A stretch of DNA of 16,901 nucleotides, from positions 1-16,901 of the forward strand of contig JAZDLX010000172.1 in assembly GCA_043801585.1 (NCBI GenBank). Reading direction: 5' to 3'. Below are positions 1 to 7,615 of this stretch, one piece after another. Position 1 is the first letter of the stretch; each line of letters opens with the position of its first letter. The notes beneath the pieces are model-generated. The model had not been told where the DNA came from, did not search any database, and was given only the letters and a program-made list of their open reading frames with translations. This stretch comes from a bacterium. GTDB lineage: Bacteria; Electryoneota; Electryoneia; Electryoneales; Electryoneaceae. The position numbers and the translations under genes are program-made.

Positions 1-120
1 GAACCCCGGCCCCACGGACGCTGCGGCGACGGCACGGGCCACAAACGAGAGCGCGAGGATCAGCAGAGCCGGCCGGTCGTGAAAGATCGGCAAGACACGT
101 GATGAAGGGATGGGACGCAT
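1..120 (-). CDS. 5' fragment of a membrane protein, possibly a family-39/ArnT-like glycosyltransferase; runs off the left edge
   Basis: Not in the ORF track. ATG at 120 on the minus strand reads MRPIPSSRVLPIFHDRPALLILALSFVARAVAAASVGPGF, open to the edge. A hydrophobic helix with an Arg followed by a G-x-G stretch resembles the segment before the DE motif of GT-C enzymes. The DE motif itself would lie outside the window. Confidence 0.45.
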   Translation of the reverse strand, partial: MRPIPSSRVLPIFHDRPALLILALSFVARAVAAASVGPGF

Positions 121-163
121 GGCTGAAAGTAACTTCAAAGGGAATGGGCCGCAACCGGGAGTC

Positions 164-556
164 ATGACCCGTGTGCTGCTGGTCGACGACAACGACAGCT
201 ACGCGGATATCCTTTCCGGGGATCTGAAGAAGCGTGGTGTAGAAGAAATCTTTCGCGCCTACGACGCCAAGCAGGGCGTTTCCATGTTGCGTGAACACGG
301 CGACAGGATCGATGCGGTGATCACCGACATCTCCATGGAATCCCAGATCAGCGGCCTGAAGGTGCTGAAAGCGGCACGCCAGAACGGCTCGAAGCGCATC
401 CTCGCGGTCGCTTCCACCGGCCTCGACACCAAGCTCGGGATGAAACTGAACCGCTGGCTGATGGGCACGATGTATCACAGCGATTACATCATCCCGAAGA
501 AACCGATCAAGGCTGACGGACGGGTTTTCTGGCTGCCGACGAAACGAGCGAAGTAG
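164..556 (+). CDS. Single-domain response regulator (REC/CheY-like)
   Basis: RVLLVDDN acidic pocket, VITDISM phospho-acceptor Asp, VAST (Ser/Thr switch) and a late Lys (IPKKP). ATG 164 (GGGAG just upstream) is preferred over 110 because 110 overlaps the divergent ORF. Confidence 0.85.
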   Translation: MTRVLLVDDNDSYADILSGDLKKRGVEEIFRAYDAKQGVSMLREHGDRIDAVITDISMESQISGLKVLKAARQNGSKRILAVASTGLDTKLGMKLNRWLMGTMYHSDYIIPKKPIKADGRVFWLPTKRAK

Positions 557-610
557 TAAACAGGTTCAGCCAAAGTGCGGCTATTCAGAGACTCTGTCTT
601 TCATAAACAT

Positions 611-642
611 GTGAAACCCGGGACTGAAGTCCCGGGCCACCC
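611..642 (-). repeat. REP, GTGG-tagged family (RAYT-associated)
   Basis: GTGAAA-CCCGGGACT-GA-AGTCCCGGG-CCACCC. Perfect 9-bp stem at 617-636 with the same flanks as the REPs bracketing the RAYT. Confidence 0.85.
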
Positions 643-647
643 GACCG

Positions 648-677
648 GATACGCGACCTTGAAGGATCGGGCTATCT
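648..677 (-). repeat. Degenerate REP, GTGG family
   Basis: GATACGCGACCTTGAAGGATCGGGCTATCT matches the copy at 12622-12651 at 23/30 positions. Confidence 0.6.
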
Positions 678-738
678 ATCACTATAAATAAACGCTAAAC
701 ATTTCTATTAGGCTTATATTTGAATATCATATATAGAC

Positions 739-768
739 GGGTGGCCCGGGGCTCCGCCCCGGGTTTCA
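739..768 (+). repeat. REP flanking the RAYT 3' end
   Basis: GGGTGG-CCCGGGGC-TCC-GCCCCGGG-TTTCA. GTGG tetranucleotide at the foot of an 8-bp stem. Exact reverse complement of 1390-1419. Confidence 0.92.
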
Positions 769-835
769 CTTGCTTTGGCTGCATCATCAGCGACCACAGT
801 ATGTAAATCCTCATGCCGACCGAGCATGATCCTGT

Positions 836-1369
836 CTACAACACTCCCTCAAGCCTGTCCATCTCAAGGAGATCAGACACCCCAGTCAGCCAAAACCTTG
901 CACTGGACCAGAGATACTCTTCTGGAACAATCACCATTCCCGCTCGTACCGGATTGTTGTGAATGTATTCCATCATCTTTCTTACCGCATCATCATTGAA
1001 TACGTTGCGGTCGTACCCACCCCCTGTCTGCCAGAAACGGTGCATCATAGTGCCATGATCCCTGACCTCCAGTGAACTGAAAAGTGATGCATTGGTTTCT
1101 TCAATCCGGGGGAGTGCATTACGTCCAAACCTGCCTTTCAACATGCCCAACTGCTTTCCCAGCGTGGTTTGATCCGAGTGAACCAGCATGTGTACGTGGT
1201 TCGGCATCACGACGAACGCAAGGAGTCTGATGGCGTTTTGCATTCGCCACTGGTCAAGGTGTTGGATGAAGAGCTCGGCGAGGGAATCCACAAGGAACAA
1301 ATGTTTGCGGCGGTAACACCCAAATGTGAAGAAGCGGGCGTGTGCGGGATCTTCATAGCGCTGTGTCAT
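836..1369 (-). CDS. rayT: REP-associated tyrosine transposase (RAYT/TnpA-REP, HUH Y1 superfamily), 177 aa
   Basis: FFTFGC N-terminal strand, FVVMPNHVHML (HUH), RFWQ-x-GGYDR, YIHNNPVRAG (catalytic Tyr) and WSSA. Flanked by inverted REPs. ATG 1369 is chosen because the track start at 1417 lies inside the REP. Confidence 0.93.
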   Translation of the reverse strand: MTQRYEDPAHARFFTFGCYRRKHLFLVDSLAELFIQHLDQWRMQNAIRLLAFVVMPNHVHMLVHSDQTTLGKQLGMLKGRFGRNALPRIEETNASLFSSLEVRDHGTMMHRFWQTGGGYDRNVFNDDAVRKMMEYIHNNPVRAGMVIVPEEYLWSSARFWLTGVSDLLEMDRLEGVL

Positions 1370-1389
1370 GACAGAAGATAGTGTCTGAA

Positions 1390-1419
1390 TGAAACCCGGG
1401 GCGGAGCCCCGGGCCACCC
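1390..1419 (-). repeat. REP flanking the RAYT 5' end
   Basis: TGAAACCCGGGGCGGAGCCCCGGGCCACCC, a perfect 30-nt inverted repeat of 739-768. Confidence 0.92.
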
Positions 1420-1476
1420 CCCGATTTTAAGAAGGTTTTTTCCCTGAATAAGAATTGCCAGATTCAAGAATCTAAG

Positions 1477-2220
1477 CTATTCCTCCAACGCGCGTTTCGT
1501 GAACTGCGATTCATCGAATTTGACATCCAGCTTGACGTCGCTCATCTCGAATTTCGTCCACTTGTTGTCGACCAGGCGGCTGCGAATGATCACCGAGGTC
1601 GGGAAATTGCGGTCGCCGATCTTCTTGTAGCTGAGAATCTCCGTCTCCTTGATCGGTGACTCCGAAGCGTCGCTGCTCACCTCCAACATCGGGAGCGAGG
1701 TGCGTTTGTCGATGACAATCTCTCGGTAGGGATAGCTGGTGGTCATGTCGTGCGCGGTCATCTTGATCGTCACCGTGTTCGAGTCCTGCTTGACAATCTC
1801 CGCGTCGTAGATGTCCTCCCAACTCTTGGATTCAGTCATGTCCTCGAAGCTCATGTCACCGCCCTGCACACCCTGACGCAGCATGTGGCCCTGGATCAGC
1901 ATCGTGCGGTCAACGCGCGGGAAATAGATCCACAGCTCGTCGTCCCGTTTCAGATAGCGGGTGCCAAGATCGCGCTTCGGTTCAGTGTATTCCATCATGG
2001 CATACTGATCGCCAACAACCTTGCATTCCATTTTGAACATTCGCTCCTGCCCGGAGGGCAGGTGAACGGTCATTGTCGCCATGTACTGGGCGGACTTCAT
2101 CACCATATTGTAATCCAACTCGTGCAGCCATTCCATCGCCGTTTTCGCAGGGGCTGTCTGCACCGCGACCAGCAGCATTCCAACCACCAGTGACATCAGC
2201 TTTTTCGTATCAGGCATCAT
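1477..2220 (-). CDS. LolA-like outer-membrane lipoprotein-sorting protein, periplasmic
   Basis: Signal peptide (KKLMSLVVGMLLVAVQTAPA). Motifs YTEPKRDLGTRYLK, LWIYFP, GGDMSFEDM and C-terminal FDESQFTKRAL are typical of the LolA_like family. Last gene of the ABC operon. Start is ATG 2220 or 2217 after GGAG. Confidence 0.85.
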   Translation of the reverse strand: MMPDTKKLMSLVVGMLLVAVQTAPAKTAMEWLHELDYNMVMKSAQYMATMTVHLPSGQERMFKMECKVVGDQYAMMEYTEPKRDLGTRYLKRDDELWIYFPRVDRTMLIQGHMLRQGVQGGDMSFEDMTESKSWEDIYDAEIVKQDSNTVTIKMTAHDMTTSYPYREIVIDKRTSLPMLEVSSDASESPIKETEILSYKKIGDRNFPTSVIIRSRLVDNKWTKFEMSDVKLDVKFDESQFTKRALEE

Positions 2221-2275
2221 CGACTCCACCGTTCAACTGTCAAACCGCTTATTACTGCTGGTTCCTCGATTATTA

Positions 2276-3511
2276 CTACTGGCTTCTCAGCGCGGTCGCC
2301 GGATTGATCCGAACGGCGACCCGTGCCGGATACCACGCCGCAAGGATCGACACCAGGGCGCCAAAAAAGGCTGCGTAGATGGCGATCTGGATCGAGGGTA
2401 CCGGACGGACGATCGGCTGGAAGATCATATTTATGTTTTCCATCGCCGTCGTTACATCAATCCCGACAATGTGCAACCACTCGGAGATGCCCATCCCCAC
2501 TCCGATTCCGACAGCCGTCCCGATCAATCCCAACAGGAGGGTTTCCAGAAGCACGATCCTCGTGATCCGGCCACGTGTGAATCCAAGGGCGCGGAGCGCT
2601 CCGAACTCCCGGATACGTTCCATCACCGACATCAGCACCGTGTTGATCACCGTGGTCAATGCAACGATGCCGATCAGCATCATCAGCACACTGCTCATTT
2701 TTTCGGCTGGATCCATCGCCCCCGCCATCAGGCTTGCCTGCCGCCAAGTGAGCGCGATTAGATCGCTCCGCCCGGCGTCATTCAGAGCCTGCTGGATTAT
2801 CGACGTCATCGTCTCCGCAGCTTCGGCTCCGTCGTCCAGCGAAATCGCGATGTCCATGGCCATGTCGTCCATCGCCAGTTGAAACTGACCCTCGCTAAGC
2901 GGGATGTGAAAGAATTTCCTGTCGAGTGTTGGAATTCCTGTATCCATCAGGCCGACGATCTTGTACAGTCCGGGTCCCAGGCCACCATAGGACGTCGTCG
3001 CCACGACGAAAAGCTCATCCCCGAGCTTCAATCCCATCTCATCCGCAAGACGGTACCCGATCAACGTTTCAGAGGCATTGTCCTCGGGAAGCCTCCCCTC
3101 GATGACCATGCTGCCTAACTCCATCAGGTGGGTCTCACGCGACATATCGTGCGCCATTCCGGCCGCTGGCATCGCCCCTTTTGGTTTGTCAAGCAACACT
3201 CCGAAGGGGATGCGTGGAGAAACCTGCTGGACTCCGTCGATCGCCTCCAGCTGTTTAACCAACTCGCCAACATTCCTGATTCCATCTTCGAGCGCAATCG
3301 AACGGATCCGACCGACCGCTTTCGCGGGCATCACCTTGACCTGTCCCGTCTCAAGACGGATGGTTGTATCATTGAAACTCTGGAAAATACCCGTCAGGTA
3401 AGCCTTGAAAAAGGTCACCGCCGCCACCGCCATGGCGATCGCCAGCGCTGTCAGCAGCGAACGTTTCATCGATCGCCGTGCGTTCCTCATCGCGAGCCGG
3501 AACGTGCTCAT
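2276..3511 (-). CDS. ABC transporter permease, LolC/LolE (FtsX/MacB) family
   Basis: LAMRNARRSMKRSLLT start, one TM, a periplasmic domain, SVMERIREFGALRALG, three further TMs, PATALR end. 4-nt overlap with the upstream permease. Confidence 0.93.
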   Translation of the reverse strand: MSTFRLAMRNARRSMKRSLLTALAIAMAVAAVTFFKAYLTGIFQSFNDTTIRLETGQVKVMPAKAVGRIRSIALEDGIRNVGELVKQLEAIDGVQQVSPRIPFGVLLDKPKGAMPAAGMAHDMSRETHLMELGSMVIEGRLPEDNASETLIGYRLADEMGLKLGDELFVVATTSYGGLGPGLYKIVGLMDTGIPTLDRKFFHIPLSEGQFQLAMDDMAMDIAISLDDGAEAAETMTSIIQQALNDAGRSDLIALTWRQASLMAGAMDPAEKMSSVLMMLIGIVALTTVINTVLMSVMERIREFGALRALGFTRGRITRIVLLETLLLGLIGTAVGIGVGMGISEWLHIVGIDVTTAMENINMIFQPIVRPVPSIQIAIYAAFFGALVSILAAWYPARVAVRINPATALRSQ

Positions 3512-4743
3512 AGCATCCCCTCCCTCAAGGCTCGTACGACCTGGCCGTGAGCGGCGTACCAGGCGGCACGCCAGCTCGACAAAGCCCCCAACAGTACACC
3601 GAAGATGAAGGTGCCAAGAATACTCCAGAGGGAGAGCGCCGGATACATCGCCGTGGAAATCGCCATCCCGAAATCGATGTCATCGTATGCGGCGAGGCTG
3701 ATCCCGACTTTGCTCAGCCAAAGGGTTACCCCACCACCGACGACGACAGCCGCCACACCCGCAATCAAGCCGATCAGAAGACCTTCGGTGAGGAACAGCC
3801 ATAGGATTCGGTGGCTGGTGTACCCCATTGCCCGCAGCGATCCGATCTCACGGGTTCTCTCGTGCACCGCCATGGTCATCGTATTGGTAATCGCTACCAT
3901 CGCCACAAGCGCGAGAATAAGGACCATGATCCATGATCCGGCGCGCTTCATCCGGATCATCGGCATGAAATCCTCGGCTCCCTCTTCCCAGGTCTGCCAA
4001 TCGTAACCGGGCATTGACGCCTTGAGAGAGTTGCGCAGCCGGTTCGCGTTCGACTCCCTTTTCCCAAGGATCGCGATTTCGGTCGCGGCACTGTCCGCCA
4101 GCGCGAGGGTCTGAGCGTCCTTCAATGAAATGATAACTGAGTTGCCGTCAAAATCGGGATGTCCGGTATCGATGATCCCATGCACTTTCAGTCGAAGGCT
4201 GTTCATCGCGCCGGGCGCACTCTTCAGCAGCACGATGAAGGAATCATCCAGCTTCAATGAGAACTCTTTGGCAAGCCTCCGACCGATCAGCGCTTCTCCT
4301 TCCTTCCCGTCGAGATTCTGCCCGGCGACGAGATGGTCCAGTGTCCTGAACACATTCCGATCCGTTTTCAGGTTCAGGCCGCGAACCGTCAGAATTGTCT
4401 CTTCGCCGTTCGAAATGAACGTTGCCGGCATCTGCATGCGAGCAGTGGTTATCGCTCCGGACAATCCTGCTACGCGCTGTGCAAGGGAATCCACGTCTGT
4501 CAGCAGGTAATCGAGACCGGGCATCACCTCCTCAAGATACCCCTCCGCAAACATGCGGACATGTGCCTGTTCCTCCCTGATCATGTTGTCGAGTGTCTGG
4601 CGTGTAATCCCGTCATAGAGCCCGTTCAGGATCACCATGATGATCAAAGCGACGGCCAGGCCGGACGCCGAAAGCAGTGTTCGTTTGCGGTTTCTCAGGA
4701 GGTTTCGCCAGGCAAGGCGAATGGTATTCAGGATCGTATACAT
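3508..4743 (-). CDS. ABC transporter permease, LolC/LolE (FtsX/MacB) family
   Basis: LAWRNLLRNRKRTLLS and AVHERTREIGSLRAMG motifs. Same topology as the neighbouring permease. Confidence 0.93.
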   Translation of the reverse strand: MYTILNTIRLAWRNLLRNRKRTLLSASGLAVALIIMVILNGLYDGITRQTLDNMIREEQAHVRMFAEGYLEEVMPGLDYLLTDVDSLAQRVAGLSGAITTARMQMPATFISNGEETILTVRGLNLKTDRNVFRTLDHLVAGQNLDGKEGEALIGRRLAKEFSLKLDDSFIVLLKSAPGAMNSLRLKVHGIIDTGHPDFDGNSVIISLKDAQTLALADSAATEIAILGKRESNANRLRNSLKASMPGYDWQTWEEGAEDFMPMIRMKRAGSWIMVLILALVAMVAITNTMTMAVHERTREIGSLRAMGYTSHRILWLFLTEGLLIGLIAGVAAVVVGGGVTLWLSKVGISLAAYDDIDFGMAISTAMYPALSLWSILGTFIFGVLLGALSSWRAAWYAAHGQVVRALREGML

Positions 4744-5405
4744 CCGTCCTCCAGAGTGATGATTGTTTCCGTGCGCTCAAGCAGACGGGGGTCATGCGTG
4801 GAGAAGATGAATGCAGTCCCGAGCTGGTCGCGCATCTGCTTCATCAGGTCGATGATCGCGCTTCCGGATTCTCCATCGAGGTTCGCGGTCGGCTCGTCCG
4901 CGAGCACGAGTGCCGGGTGTTTGACCAGGGCGCGGGCTACCGCCACCCGCTGCTGCTGACCGCCGGAAAGTTCGTTGGGAAAACGGTCATTCATACCCAT
5001 CAGGCCCACCCGCTCAAGCATGTCCTGGGCCGCCTTGCGGCGGGAATCACGGGTAGTTCCCGCGAGGATTTCAAGCGGAAGCTCAACGTTCTCCACAGCC
5101 GTGAGTACTGGCACCAGGTTGAAGGACTGGAAAACAAACCCGATTGTTTCGCGGCGCAGGCGAGTACACTGTTTTTCGTCAAGTTTTGTGATGTCGTGGT
5201 CAGCAACAATCACGATTCCGGCATCGGGTTGATCGAGAGCGCCGATAATGTTGAGCAGCGTTGTCTTCCCCGAGCCCGAGGGTCCGGCCAGTGCAAGAAA
5301 AGCGCGTTGGGGCACTTCGAGGCTCACTCCGCGCAATGCGCGTACTTTTCCACCCTGGTAGTTCTTGACCACGTTTTCAACATGGACGACGGGCAAGTCG
5401 TTCAT
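4728..5405 (-). CDS. ABC transporter ATP-binding protein, LolD/MacB-like
   Basis: Walker A GPSGSGKT, Q-loop FVFQSFNL, signature LSGGQQQRV, Walker B LVLADEPT and H-switch STHD. Start ATG 5405 after GGAGAGG. Confidence 0.95.
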   Translation of the reverse strand: MNDLPVVHVENVVKNYQGGKVRALRGVSLEVPQRAFLALAGPSGSGKTTLLNIIGALDQPDAGIVIVADHDITKLDEKQCTRLRRETIGFVFQSFNLVPVLTAVENVELPLEILAGTTRDSRRKAAQDMLERVGLMGMNDRFPNELSGGQQQRVAVARALVKHPALVLADEPTANLDGESGSAIIDLMKQMRDQLGTAFIFSTHDPRLLERTETIITLEDGCIRS

Positions 5406-5470
5406 AACCTCTCCACCGTTTCCGCTCGTTTGCCGAGTCTGCGCACTCCAACGAGTGCTCACCAGAACGT

Positions 5471-6124
5471 TTATGCAGCGTAGGGATTGTCCCACTTCCG
5501 GCGATGCCTGGGATTCACTTCACTCCATCCGGTCTTCATCATGCCCCGCATCAGGATGTCGATGTACCCGTCCCAGAATTCCTTCTCCGTGACCCATCCT
5601 GATGTTACCAGGTCCCGATAGGGAAAAAGGAATTTGATCGACCCAAGTGCGAATGGAGTCACCTTGAGATCGAGGTCCTTCCGGAACTCTCCGATGCGTA
5701 TCCCCTCTTCAAGAACATGCTTGTAGAATACCAGGGATGCGTCCATGTCACGGTTCATCTTCGGCTGAGCCATCAGATTCTTCATCACAAAATGGTCCGC
5801 CCCAGCGTTCAGGGTCTCCAGAATCAATGGTTCTTTCCGCAGGAGATCAACGGCGATATAGAGTAGGTTACGCATCAATTCAGCCGGCGTCTGCATTTTT
5901 TCGAGTTGCTCCGCGAAAACCGCAATCGACTGTTCCTGGATGCGTTGAACGATGCGAAGGTAGAGTTCCTGCTTGCTTTTAAAATGAAGGTAGAACGTTC
6001 CCTTTGCGATTCCCACTTCGCGCGCGATGTCGTCGATCACCGTCCGCTTGTACCCGTACTTCTCGAAATGGCATTTCGCCACGTCAAGGATACGTTGTTC
6101 TCTCTTTTGGCGCTGCTCGTCCAT
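5471..6124 (-). CDS. TetR/AcrR family transcriptional regulator
   Basis: N-terminal HTH: ILDVAKCHFEKYGYKRTVIDDIAREVGIAKGTFYLHFKSKQEL. C-terminal helical domain with EEGIRIGEFRKDLD. Confidence 0.95.
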   Translation of the reverse strand: MDEQRQKREQRILDVAKCHFEKYGYKRTVIDDIAREVGIAKGTFYLHFKSKQELYLRIVQRIQEQSIAVFAEQLEKMQTPAELMRNLLYIAVDLLRKEPLILETLNAGADHFVMKNLMAQPKMNRDMDASLVFYKHVLEEGIRIGEFRKDLDLKVTPFALGSIKFLFPYRDLVTSGWVTEKEFWDGYIDILMRGMMKTGWSEVNPRHRRKWDNPYAA

Positions 6125-6139
6125 CGTGTTCTCGACTTA

Positions 6140-6165
6140 ATGACCATATGTGTTCATTTGGTCAT
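6140..6165. promoter_or_regulatory. Probable TetR operator (palindrome)
   Basis: ATGACCA-T-ATG-TGTT-CAT-T-TGGTCAT, 15 nt upstream of the tetR ATG and overlapping the predicted transcription start. Confidence 0.75.
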
Positions 6166-6194
6166 AATGTACAACGCCGAGTCGTACAAGACAA
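6166..6194 (-). promoter_or_regulatory. Putative sigma70 promoter of the tetR-ABC operon
   Basis: Minus strand TTGTCT (6194-6189), 17-nt spacer, TACATT (6171-6166), directly next to the operator. Confidence 0.6.
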
Positions 6195-6227
6195 CAGAAC
6201 CTCCAAGAGAATCTTCCCCTTTCGAAT

Positions 6228-6287
6228 TGAAACCCGATCAGTCAACCGACTAATCGGGCCACCCTCCCCACCCTGCCGGGCCACCCT
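6228..6287 (-). repeat. GTGG-family REP plus a truncated tandem copy
   Basis: TGAAA-CCCGATCAGTC-AACC-GACTAATCGGG-CCACCC (6228-6264), then a second CGGGCCACCC at 6277-6286. Confidence 0.8.
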
Positions 6288-6298
6288 TCAGCCCTTTG

Positions 6299-6394
6299 TG
6301 TCATCCTGAGCGAAACAAAGGATCTTTGTTTTCCTCGGATGAAACAGCAAGATTGCTTCGTCGTCCCGAACCGTCGGCACTCCTCGCAATGACA
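6299..6394. repeat. Inverted pair of GTCA(T)-tagged palindromic repeats (CGTC/RPE-like class)
   Basis: TGTCATCCTGAGCGAAACAAAGGATCT at 6299-6325. On the minus strand, TGTCATTGCGAGGAG...CGACGAAGCAATCT at 6394-6350. Confidence 0.75.
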
Positions 6395-6513
6395 GTCATT
6401 TCGTTGTGGCAGGTCTCTGCTTCGCTAATATCCAGACGGAGCCCAAATAACCAGACAACACTGTCATTTACTGGTGATTTACAAAGGATTTTCGCGATGG
6501 TGCAGCGTTCTGG

Positions 6514-7299
6514 TTACTCCTGGACGGGTCCCTGTTCCTGGTCACGCTCTTCAAGCAGTTTGACTCGCTGCTGAATGCGTTCCTCGAGGTTCAGAATCTC
6601 AACGTCGCTGCTCGCATACTGCATTGTATGGGTGTCGATGTCTTCCTGAATCTCCTCGATGCATTGCAGCGTCGCCGCGATGACACGGGTCCGGCGGCGC
6701 ACGACCTCCAGCAGCTTGGTGACAGAATCCGCGTTGCCCGGATCAGTCACCGCAACCCGGCCGTCTATCGCGGCAAGTGCGTTGTTGATGTAATGGGCGA
6801 GGGTGACAAGCAGCGTTTCCACAATCTTCCGGCGTGCCGCCTCCCGTTCATGATCGGCTGCTTCACGTTCAAGGCGCTGCATTCTGAGGGTGGAGCGAAC
6901 GCGTGCCACCAGCTCGGACGGATTGTAGGGTTTTGTGATGTAATCCACCGCCCCCAACTCAAGACCATGGACCTTATCCTCTATGTCATCGCGGGCGGTG
7001 ACAAAAATGACGGGGAGTTTGACGTACTCAGGGTTTTCTCGCAGAGTCTGGAACACATCGAAGCCGTTGATGTCCGGCATTGTGATGTCCAGCAGTATCA
7101 TGTCCGGGTGCTGACTGTACACTAGTTCGAGCCCCGCCTGACCGCCGCGGGCGGTCAGTGTTCGGAAGCCATGACGTTGCAGAGTCATCTCAGCGATGTC
7201 GAGTGCGAGGGGTTCATCATCGACAATCAAAATCAGGGGCACATCGGGCTGTTCAGTTTCCGTGACTCCCTGCTGTTTCGGATCATCTGGTGTTGTCAT
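6514..7299 (-). CDS. Response regulator receiver fused to a HisKA/DHp-like helical domain, without an HATPase domain
   Basis: LILIVDDE, PDMILLDITMPDINGF, VIFVTA and AVDYITKPY form the REC domain. A coiled coil follows, then TLAHYINNALAAI (H-box-like). Start ATG 7299 with GGGGA 8 nt upstream. Confidence 0.85.
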   Translation of the reverse strand: MTTPDDPKQQGVTETEQPDVPLILIVDDEPLALDIAEMTLQRHGFRTLTARGGQAGLELVYSQHPDMILLDITMPDINGFDVFQTLRENPEYVKLPVIFVTARDDIEDKVHGLELGAVDYITKPYNPSELVARVRSTLRMQRLEREAADHEREAARRKIVETLLVTLAHYINNALAAIDGRVAVTDPGNADSVTKLLEVVRRRTRVIAATLQCIEEIQEDIDTHTMQYASSDVEILNLEERIQQRVKLLEERDQEQGPVQE

Positions 7300-7508
7300 C
7301 CTGATAGTCCCCAAAACAATCAATCTCTATTTATAAAGTACTGCTGGCTGGACCAACCGACAACCCTGAAAGGCCGCCACCGAGGGTCTGGAATATTCGA
7401 GCGAATTTCTTAGAAACCCGTGAGTTGAAGACTTAGTTTCTCTGTTTCCAGGGTTTTTACGTCGCAAATAACAACACCTGCTCTATAATGCTACTCGGAT
7501 ACTTAGCA

Positions 7509-7554
7509 TAATCTATTGTTTATTAGTACGCTATTGTATGGCATACCCCTTGCT
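7509..7554 (+). promoter_or_regulatory. Sigma54 (-24/-12) promoter with an upstream IHF-like site
   Basis: TGGCATACCCCTTGCT at 7539-7554 has exact GG-N10-GC spacing. TAATCTATTGTTT at 7509-7521 is one mismatch from the IHF consensus TAANNNNTTGATW. The site lies 61 nt before the permease ATG. Confidence 0.75.
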
Positions 7555-7615
7555 TTTAGATGTCTGATCTGATCGAATTCCAAAACCGTTGTGATCCCGT
7601 TCGAGCGAGGTCCTG

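Noticed and set aside
739..1419. Classical IS with terminal inverted repeats, or IS605 with tnpB
   Set aside because: The enzyme is HUH/Y1 rather than DDE, there is no tnpB, no target duplication is evident, and related hairpins occur alone elsewhere in the window.
6296..6574. Track ORFs 6296-6574, 12561-12773, 12497-12715 and 13188-13412
   Set aside because: They are translations of palindromic repeats (e.g. VIARLDRAIQ, VTPAKAGVQ, WIPAFAGMT) with no independent coding evidence.
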